A stretch of DNA of 38,280 nucleotides from Verrucomicrobiales bacterium (lineage in GTDB: Bacteria > Verrucomicrobiota > Verrucomicrobiia > Verrucomicrobiales > V1-33), in assembly GCA_947462995.1 (NCBI GenBank), contig CANHUG010000002.1:1-38280 (forward strand), given 5' to 3'. The position numbers and the translations under genes were made by a program. Of this stretch, positions 8,102 to 15,800 are shown piece by piece (the first letter of the stretch is position 1; the number at the start of each line of letters is the position of its first letter). The notes under the pieces are model-generated. The model searched no databases, had not been told where the DNA came from, and saw only the letters and a list, made by a program, of their open reading frames with translations.

Positions 8102-9427
8102 ATGGACGATTCATTCCTCCGCAAATCCGATGAACTGAGCCGCCGGCGGTTCATGGGTTACGCCAGCAAGTCACTGCTTGGTGTCAGTGTGATTCCGACG
8201 ATGCTTCCGCTAGCCGGTCGTGCTGCGGGCAAGCCTGAAGGCATTCAGGTGTCGCCTAGCCAGACGAGCGGGCGCAAGCCGACGGCGCGGAACATCATTT
8301 ATCTCTATATGTCTGGCGGGATGACGCATGTGGACACGTTTGATCCGAAGCCTGAGGCTGGGGAGAAGGTGGCTGGGCCGGTGAAGGCGATCAGCACGAA
8401 GGCGGACGGCGTGATGATTTCCGAGTATTTTCCGATGTTGGCGAAGCAGATGGACAAGGTTTGTCTGTTCCGCGGGTTGACGACGACGCAGGGTGCGCAT
8501 GAGCAGGGGAATTACTTCATGCACAGCAGCTATACGATGCGTGGTACGATTCAGCACCCGGGGATCGGGGCGTGGCTGCTGCGGATGGAAGGGAAGACGA
8601 ACCGGACGCTTCCGGGGAGCGTGTGCATTGGCGGTGGGGCCAATGGGGGCGGTGCGGGCTTCATGGAGAGCAAGTATGCGCCGCTGTACATCGGGTCGCC
8701 GAATGACGGCGTGCCGAACAGCCGTGCGCTGACGGGGACGCGTGAGTTCGACGACCGGCGCATGCTGGCGGAGAAGTTCGACATGGCGTTCCACAGCAAG
8801 TATGATGTGAAGCGGGTGCGGGCGTACAGCGACATGTATGATGACGCGGTGCGGTTGATGCGTTCGGAGGATTTGAAGGCCTTCAATCTGAATCTGGAAG
8901 ATCAGAAGGTGCGGGACGAGTATGGAACGGACGGGTTCGGGCAAGGGTGCCTGCTGGCGCGGCGCTTGATTGAGAACGACGTGCGACACGTGGAAGTGAC
9001 GCTTGGTGGTTGGGATACGCACAACAACAACTTCCAAGCGGTTCAGGGGCTTGCGGGGCGGCTTGACCAAGGGCTTTCCGCGCTGCTGAATGATTTGGAC
9101 CGGCGCGGGCTGCTGAGTGAGACGCTGGTGGTGCTGACGACCGAGTTCGGGCGGACCCCGTATGTCAACGAGAACGACGGGCGGGATCACTTCCCGAAGG
9201 CGTTTTCTGGATTGATGGCTGGCGGCGGGATTGCGGGTGGCCAGGCCCATGGGAAGACGAACGAGCATGCGACCGATGTGGTGGAGGGCAAGATGTCTCC
9301 GCCGGACTTCAATGCGACGATTGCCTATGGTTTGGGCTTGCCGCTTGATGAAACGATTTACAGCCCGTCGAAGCGGCCGTTCACGGTGGCGGACAAGGGG
9401 CAGCCGGTGACTTCGGTATTCGGTTGA
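8102..9427 (+). CDS. DUF1501 (sulfatase-fold) protein with twin-arginine signal
   Basis: Tat motif SRRRFMGYASKSLLGV. Also MSGGMTHVDTFDPKP, GGWDTHNNN and TEFGRTP...GRDH, typical of DUF1501. It starts 39 nt after the DUF1549/1553 gene. Confidence 0.85.
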   Translation: MDDSFLRKSDELSRRRFMGYASKSLLGVSVIPTMLPLAGRAAGKPEGIQVSPSQTSGRKPTARNIIYLYMSGGMTHVDTFDPKPEAGEKVAGPVKAISTKADGVMISEYFPMLAKQMDKVCLFRGLTTTQGAHEQGNYFMHSSYTMRGTIQHPGIGAWLLRMEGKTNRTLPGSVCIGGGANGGGAGFMESKYAPLYIGSPNDGVPNSRALTGTREFDDRRMLAEKFDMAFHSKYDVKRVRAYSDMYDDAVRLMRSEDLKAFNLNLEDQKVRDEYGTDGFGQGCLLARRLIENDVRHVEVTLGGWDTHNNNFQAVQGLAGRLDQGLSALLNDLDRRGLLSETLVVLTTEFGRTPYVNENDGRDHFPKAFSGLMAGGGIAGGQAHGKTNEHATDVVEGKMSPPDFNATIAYGLGLPLDETIYSPSKRPFTVADKGQPVTSVFG

Positions 9428-9445
9428 GCTGGTAGAGTTTACGTT

Positions 9446-9489
9446 GAACCCGGCGGTTTCATTTGTGGGGCCGCCGGGTTCATTGTTTT
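9446..9489 (+). terminator. Intrinsic-terminator-like hairpin after the DUF1501 gene
   Basis: An 11-bp perfect stem GAACCCGGCGG / CCGCCGGGTTC (9446-9456 / 9471-9481) around a 14-nt loop, followed by ATTGTTTT. Confidence 0.55.
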
Positions 9490-9576
9490 GGATGTGCGGC
9501 GTGGAGAAGAGTTGCCCGGAAGGTGGAGACATGCGACGATGCGGCTGTGGCTGCTGAATATTCAAACATCTCGTCC

Positions 9577-10440
9577 ATGATTTGGCGGTCGAAGGTTTAC
9601 GGGATGGTGATGGCGGCGATGATGCTGGTGGTGGCGGTGGGGGTGCGAGCTGCGAGCATGGTGGTGAATGTTTCGTGCGGTTATCTTTACGGAGCGGGCG
9701 GGACGGCGTCGGTTGACCGATTGGATCCGGGTACGTTGTGTGTGCTGGTGGCGGATATTGGGGGCGATGGGTTTGATCCACCTGCGAGGGGATGGGTGGC
9801 GGACGACGACGTAGTGCTGACGGTTTTTGATGGGGAGTATCCGCTGGTGGCGGGGGGGACGAAGGGATTTGATCTTGCGTCTGGCGGGACGGAGCCGGGA
9901 TTGTTCAGTCGTTCCCTGGGAATTGATCTGGCTCAGTTCGGGGGCCGGACGGCTCCGTTGCCGGTGGCGTTGCGGTGGTTTCCCGGGTACCGGGCGACTG
10001 GGGTGAATGTGGCGACGGATGTTCCGTTGCCGGGGACTGTGTATGGTGAGTTCCGGCGTTTGGTGCCGATGTATCCGGAGGCGGGGACGAGTGGCTGGAC
10101 ATTGCCGATGCGTGCGGGGACGAACCTGACGCTGGATCCGATTGCTACGGCGGAGTTTGGTGGGGTGGACGCTCCGGCGATGGCTGCGTGGGTGATTTCA
10201 CCGGTGATTCAGCCTTCGGGATTGGTTCTCGATGCGGGTACGGGAGCGGCGACGAAGTTGCGTTTTCTGGGAGGACCGGGGATGCGGTACCGGGTGCAGC
10301 GGTCAGGAGATCTGCGGCAGTGGAGCACGGAGGCCACGGTGGTGGCGGATGGAGGTGGACTGGGATTGTGGACCGAGTTATCGGCGCTGGCGGGAGGGCG
10401 GGCATTTTACCGTGTTGTCGGGCCGTTGCCGCAGCCATGA
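9577..10440 (+). CDS. Exported hypothetical protein, paralogue A of the 36169-36867 gene
   Basis: Preferred start is ATG 9577 (MIWRSKVYGMVMAAMMLVVAVGVRA, signal peptide). Residues ...LCVLVADIGGDGFDP...FSRSLGIDLAQFGGRT..PVALRWFP...YGEF.R.VP.YP...LDP.AT.EFGG.DA align colinearly with the 36169 protein. It carries an extra C-terminal beta-sandwich-like tail (MRYRVQRSGDLRQW...FYRVVG) in place of a PEP-CTERM. Confidence 0.7.
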   Translation: MIWRSKVYGMVMAAMMLVVAVGVRAASMVVNVSCGYLYGAGGTASVDRLDPGTLCVLVADIGGDGFDPPARGWVADDDVVLTVFDGEYPLVAGGTKGFDLASGGTEPGLFSRSLGIDLAQFGGRTAPLPVALRWFPGYRATGVNVATDVPLPGTVYGEFRRLVPMYPEAGTSGWTLPMRAGTNLTLDPIATAEFGGVDAPAMAAWVISPVIQPSGLVLDAGTGAATKLRFLGGPGMRYRVQRSGDLRQWSTEATVVADGGGLGLWTELSALAGGRAFYRVVGPLPQP

Positions 10441-10461
10441 AGTTTCCGCCAACGAATCCGA

Positions 10462-10989
10462 GTGATGCATGAAGGATTGAGAGACGATGGACTGCGGGTG
10501 GCGGTGATGGTGGCGGGATCGCTTGCGATTGGAGCCATCATTAATGCTGTCCGGACCGATGCGGTGCCATGGAGGTATGAGCCGAAGGGGCAGCGGATGG
10601 CGGGTGAGCTGGCGCGCATGGGGTCTGAGGAGGGCGAGACGAGGGAGGTGGCGGCTGGGGCGATTGAGTTGGGTGAGTTGGCGGGGATGGTGCGGGAGCG
10701 GTCGGTGCTGGTGATTGATGCGAGGGCGCCGCTGTTTTTCCGGATGGGGCATGTGCCTGGGGCGGTCAACTTGCCTAGGGAGGGGTTTGCATCGTTTTTG
10801 GAGAGGAGTGGTCTTCTTGGGGAGGGGAAGACGAGGGCAGTAGTGGTTTACTGTCAGAGTGAGACGTGCGAAGATAGTCGAATGGTAGCGGAGTCGTTGC
10901 GCCGGTTGGGGTTTGCGAGTGTGCGGGTGTTTGGTGGAGGCTGGCGGCTGTGGCTTGAGAGCGGTGAACCTATAGAGAAGTCGCCATGA
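10462..10989 (+). CDS. Membrane-anchored rhodanese-domain protein
   Basis: N-terminal TM segment VAVMVAGSLAIGAIINAV. The rhodanese domain reads VLVIDARAPLFFRMGHVPGAVNLP ... VVVYCQSETCEDSRMVAESLRRLGFASVRVFGGGWRLW, with a Cys in the active-site loop position. Confidence 0.8.
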   Translation: MMHEGLRDDGLRVAVMVAGSLAIGAIINAVRTDAVPWRYEPKGQRMAGELARMGSEEGETREVAAGAIELGELAGMVRERSVLVIDARAPLFFRMGHVPGAVNLPREGFASFLERSGLLGEGKTRAVVVYCQSETCEDSRMVAESLRRLGFASVRVFGGGWRLWLESGEPIEKSP

Positions 10990-11429
10990 GGACGATTGGA
11001 GGAGCAGGGTGGACGGTGCTGGCAAGCCGGTTGGTTTTCAGCGGGGTGTTCTTGTGGGCGGGTTGGGGGAAGTTGCGGGATCCGCTGGCGTTTGCTGATA
11101 GTGTTGCCTTATTTCGCGTGTTGCCGCACCCTGCGCTGGTGAGTCTGGTGGCTCTATGCGTGCCTGTGCTGGAATGGTTGGTTGCTGTTTTGCTATGGGT
11201 GCCGCGGTGGCACCGAGCGGCGCGGTGGGTGATGACGGCGCTTTTCGCTCTGTTCGCGGTCGCGTTGAGCGTGGCGCAGATCAGGGGGTTGGTGATTGAC
11301 TGCGGATGTTTCGGGTCGGGTGATGCGACGAAGTGGAGCGTTCCGCTGGCACTTGGGCGGGCGGTCGGGCTTTTGGGGTGGGCGGTAATGTATGGTCGGA
11401 AAATCCAGGGGCGTTCTGCGGACCAGTAG
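10986..11429 (+). CDS. MauE/DoxX-family integral membrane protein
   Basis: ATGA start/stop overlap with the rhodanese gene. It has four predicted hydrophobic helices. VFSGVFLWAGWGKLRDPLAFADSVALFRVLP and a CGCFG motif are typical of MauE-like redox-associated membrane proteins. Confidence 0.7.
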   Translation: MRTIGGAGWTVLASRLVFSGVFLWAGWGKLRDPLAFADSVALFRVLPHPALVSLVALCVPVLEWLVAVLLWVPRWHRAARWVMTALFALFAVALSVAQIRGLVIDCGCFGSGDATKWSVPLALGRAVGLLGWAVMYGRKIQGRSADQ

Positions 11430-11512
11430 TACCGAGAAATTCGACTCATTTTCGAGAGAACTCTGTACTATTGCTTAAAAGAATTGACGTGCCCCCTGAA
11501 CTCGGGTTAAAA
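11427..11512 (+). promoter_or_regulatory. Hairpin plus -35/-10-like hexamers in the only sizeable gap of the cluster
   Basis: TAGTACCGAG (11427-11436) pairs with CTCTGTACTA (11461-11470) at 9 of 10 positions, then TTGCTT follows. Downstream are TTGACG (11484-11489), a 17-nt spacer and TTAAAA (11507-11512). The region is visibly more AT-rich than its surroundings. Weak evidence. Confidence 0.2.
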
Positions 11513-11558
11513 ACCGTTCACCGCGGGCGAGGACCCGTACTGGGCCCACCCCTTACCA

Positions 11559-12833
11559 ATGAATAAACAAACATGGCAGAAAGCGTTGGTGATTGTAACG
11601 GCTCTCGGGGGAGTGTGGGCTGGGGTTCACGCGTACCGAGCGGCCTCGAACAGCGGGGTTGCTCATGAGAATGCCCGGATGGAACGGGTTGAGGTGATTG
11701 ATTTTGGGAGGGACCGGGAAGCCTTTTACGAGCTTGGGAAGGTGTCGCTGGGTTCGATCAGTCTGCTGTCATTTGGCGTGAAAGGGATAGATGGAGGTGC
11801 GATTGGGGAGGTGGCGAGTTCTTGTGCGTGTCTGCGGATGGGTTTGGCTGGTGGTAAAGGGGCTGAGCCTACTATTTCAGGGCGGTATTTTGCGGTTAAT
11901 TCCGGGAAGGTGGATGTGACGCTGGCGGTGAGCCGCGTTGACGCTGGAGGGAAAGAGGCGGTGGCGACGATCCGGGTAACTGGGGAGGTATTGCCCGGGG
12001 ATCCGGCGGTGGCGGCGAGGCTATCGGCGATCGCTCGGACGCCGCTGTTGGATTTCGGGGTGGAGGAAACTGGAGTGCAAACGGGGGCTGGGGTAGCGCA
12101 CGCTGAGGTGAAGGCGGGGCGTGGGATGGTGATTGATGTGCGAGCGGCTGAGGAATACGCCGAGTCACATGTGGTGGGGAGTTTGAACATACCGGTTTCG
12201 CAGCTGAAGGTGAGTCCGGCGTTTCGGGGGCGGGATCTGTATCTGACTGGGTCGGCGCTTTTGACCGGGCCGCTGCAGCAGGCGTGTGTGCAATTGCGGA
12301 AGCAGACGAGCGCTAAGGTGTTTGTGGTTCCGGGGGGAGTGCAGGGTTGGGAGGCGGCGGGAGCGGCCGTGTTTCATCAGCTTGATCCGAGGCCGGTGAT
12401 TGGAGCGGTTGGGTTGGCTGATGCAGTGGAGCGGGTGGCCGGGCAGGGGGCGGTGTTTGGGGCGGCTGGGGTGGACGATTTTGACCGGCAGTATTTCTTT
12501 CCGGAGAGCGAGGCCTTGCCGGAAGCGGTGGGGGAGTGGCGAGAGTGGGTTGAGGGGGCGTTGAAGAAGGCGACAGGGCCTGTGGTGCTGGTTGACGTGA
12601 TGGGTGATCGGTTTGGGGTTTTGAATCAGGGTGCGCCTGCGTCGTGGCTGGGGCGGGTGTATTATCTGAGGGCTCCGGTGTCGACGTATCGGGAGGCGGT
12701 CAGCCGCATGGCGGCGTTGGCGGCGGCGGAGCCGGGGCAGGGTACGTCGTCGGTCCATGGTTTTGCGCGGTCTGACCGGCTGCGCCGCGCTAATCTTCCA
12801 TCCGTTCCCGGCTGCGGGACATGTCCGAAATAA
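11559..12833 (+). CDS. Membrane-anchored DUF1573-like / rhodanese-like protein with C-terminal CxxC
   Basis: TM anchor ALVIVTALGGVWAGVHAY. The beta-sandwich segment ending VASSCACLRMG resembles the DUF1573 SCGCT motif. The rhodanese-like domain reads GMVIDVRAAEEYAESHVVGSLNIP ... KVFVVPGGVQGWEAAG, with no Cys in the active-site loop. The extreme C-terminus is PGCGTCPK. The stop lies 17 nt before the giant gene's preferred start. Confidence 0.7.
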   Translation: MNKQTWQKALVIVTALGGVWAGVHAYRAASNSGVAHENARMERVEVIDFGRDREAFYELGKVSLGSISLLSFGVKGIDGGAIGEVASSCACLRMGLAGGKGAEPTISGRYFAVNSGKVDVTLAVSRVDAGGKEAVATIRVTGEVLPGDPAVAARLSAIARTPLLDFGVEETGVQTGAGVAHAEVKAGRGMVIDVRAAEEYAESHVVGSLNIPVSQLKVSPAFRGRDLYLTGSALLTGPLQQACVQLRKQTSAKVFVVPGGVQGWEAAGAAVFHQLDPRPVIGAVGLADAVERVAGQGAVFGAAGVDDFDRQYFFPESEALPEAVGEWREWVEGALKKATGPVVLVDVMGDRFGVLNQGAPASWLGRVYYLRAPVSTYREAVSRMAALAAAEPGQGTSSVHGFARSDRLRRANLPSVPGCGTCPK

Positions 12834-12850
12834 TTTTCAGCAGGCACACT

Positions 12851-15800
12851 ATGAAAGCGAAGTTTCCAATTATCCAGTTCCTATCGGCATTACTGGCCGG
12901 GCATGGGCTGGCTGCCACGGTTCCGTACTCGGAGGATTTCGAGGGCGCGGTTGGGCCCGAGTGGTCCCTGTCCACGGTCAACAATGCGCATGTGGCGGCG
13001 TTTACGAAGTTTTCCGGACGGTTTACGAATCAGGCGCAGACCTTAACGATGACCGGGCTGACGGTCGGGACGAGTTACACGGTGGTGTTTGATCTGTATG
13101 TGATCGATTCTTGGGATGGGAATGCCGGGCCTGACTATTTCAAGGTGTTGGTTGATGGGACGGCGCGGTTCCGGGATACGTTCAGCAATTACAATGGGAA
13201 TCCTCCGAGTCAGCCGCAGACGTACGGGGGTTCCCCGGATGTCGGGAGGACGCACCTTGGGTTCAGCGGATCGTATGTGGATGCGATCTACCGGACGATT
13301 GAGGTGCCGTTCACGGCGACTGCGGCGACGGCGTCGATTGCGTTTCAGGGCGAGAATCTGCAGGATGTGAGTGATGAATCGTGGGGAGTGGATAATGTGG
13401 CGGTGCAGACTTCGGCAAGTCTTGCGGCGACGACGGTGGCGTCAGTTTCATTGCCGACAGAGGGCGGGGCGACGAGTGGTCCGATTGACAGGTTCAGCAT
13501 GACCGCGACGCGGGTGCTGAATTCGACGTCTGCCAATGCGGCAGGGAGCTATGAGTTGCGGAGGTCCGGGGCGGACGGTGTGTTCGGGAATGGAGATGAC
13601 ACTGTGTTGCCGTTGGTGCCTTCGTATGCGGGAGGAAAGACGGTGTCTTTTGTGGTGACGGACAATCCGCTGCAGCCAGGAACGTATCGGTTCCGGACGA
13701 TCGGGTTGCTGGACGGAGCGGGCCTGCCAGTAACGGATTTTGTGAGGGTTTTCAGTGTGACTGATCCGCTGGTGGGGCGGTTGGAGAATCTTGACAACAA
13801 CACCCTGGAGCAGGCGACGGCGCTGCCGATGACGGAAACGCCGTCGGGGTCCGGGTTTCTGACTGCGCTAGGTGCGGGGACGTTCAGCACTACGGCGGAT
13901 GTTGATTATTGGAGATTTGATGCCGAGACCGGGGATCGGGTCACGGTGCGACTGGAGGCGGATGCGCTCGGGGTTTATCCGCAGATTTACCTGCAGAACG
14001 GGGCAGGAGCGAATCTGGTAACGGCTGGGGGGGATTACAATGGGACCGTCCAGATTCAGAACTATGTGGTGACGTCACCGGGATCCCTGCTGCTGCGGGT
14101 GTTTTCTACCAATGCGATCGCGCGGTATCAGATGCGGGTGGATCAGGCGCGCGGGGCACTGCTGGAGGTGGAAGCCAACGACACTGCTGCCACTGCGAAC
14201 GTGCTGCCGGTCACCGCCACGATCAGGATTGCGGGGGCGTTTCCTGCGAGTGACAGCGAGGGGGACTTTTTCCGGCTAGGCACTCTGAATGCGGGGAATG
14301 CGATTGATCTGGATGTCTCGTTGCCATCCGGCGGCGTGCTGGTGCCGGGCGACCTGACACTGAACCTGTATGCGGACAGCAATGCGACGCCGATTGCCAC
14401 TGCGGCGGGAGGATTGCTAAGTCACACGCTTGCGGCGGACGGGGTGATCTATGCGCGCATCCGCAGCGGGACGGTGCGGGGACTGCGGGCGCAGTACGTG
14501 ATGGGGCTTGCGATCTCCGATGGCGTGCCTCCGAGGGTGACGGGTACGTCGTTTCCTGTGGAGGGCGGGAGTGCCGCAGATCTGATCGACCGGTTTACGG
14601 TTGCCTTTTCGGAGGAGATGCGGGCAGCGCCGGTGAATGATACGGCTAACTTTGAGCTCCGATCGGCTGGGCCTGACGGGGTGTTCGACAATGCTGACGA
14701 TGCCGTTTATGCGTTTGTGAGCGGAGGCTACACGAGTGGACTGAGTTCGGCGTATCGGGTTACCAATGGACCGCTTCAGGCGGGAGCCTACCGTTTCCGG
14801 GCGTCTACGGCACTGGTGGACCGGGTGGGCAATGGGATGGCTGCCCCGTTTGAGAGGAATTTTTCGGTGGTTGGGTTGCCTGGATTTCCGGGTGAGAATC
14901 GCAGCAATGGGAGTCAGGCGCTGGCGACGACGATGAGTCCTAGTCCCAGCGCCGATCCGGATGGGACGTTTGCTGTTGGCAGCAGTTATGGATCTGGTGG
15001 CAACAACTCGTATCATCTGGTGAGTGGTCGACTTGATGGCGATGCGTTTGATGATCTGGTGGTGGCGAACTACAGTTCGTCGACGATCACGGTGGTGCTG
15101 GGACGTGGTGACGGTTCGTTTGCCGCGCCGGTGACTTATCCGACAGCAGCGAACCCGCACAGTGTGGTGCTTGGGGATCTCAATGGTGACGGGAATCTGG
15201 ATGTGTTCTATTCGAATTACGGTGCTGCGTCGGTGGGCGTCCGGCTTGGGAATGGTGACGGGACACTGGGGGCGGCGGTGAATTACGCAGTCGGGTCGAA
15301 TCCTCACCGGGTGGTGATGGCGGATTTCAATGCGGACGGCCGATTGGATGCGGCGGTAGCGAATTACGGCAGCAACACCGTCAGTGTCTTTCCAGGGAAT
15401 GGGGACGGGACTCTTGGGACGCGGGTGAATGTGGCGGTAGCGGGAGGGCCCTTGGGCATTGCGGCTGGAGACGTCAATGCGGACGGCCGGATCGACCTTG
15501 TGACAGCGAACTACAATGCGCACAATCTCAGTGTGATGCTAGGGGACGGGGCGGGTGGGTTCGGACCGCCGACGGTGACTTCCGGAGTGTCCGGGAGCAA
15601 TCCGTACGCGTTGGTGCTGAGTGATTTCAACGGGGATGGTGCGCTGGATGCGGCGACGTCCCACCTGAGTACAGCGAACGTGGGATGGTTTCGAGGGAAT
15701 GGGGACGGGTCGTTTGCTGCCGGGGTGGCGGTTTCGACCGGGTTTGGCGGTAACTATCATCTGACCGCGGGTGATCTGAATGAGGATGGAAGGCCGGATC

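Noticed and set aside
12821-12850. Upstream in-frame ATG (MSEIIFSRHT) as the start of the giant gene
   Set aside because: It would overlap the last codons of the preceding gene and put 10 residues in front of an otherwise canonical signal peptide (MKAKF...). ATG 12851 is preferred, but the choice is unproven.
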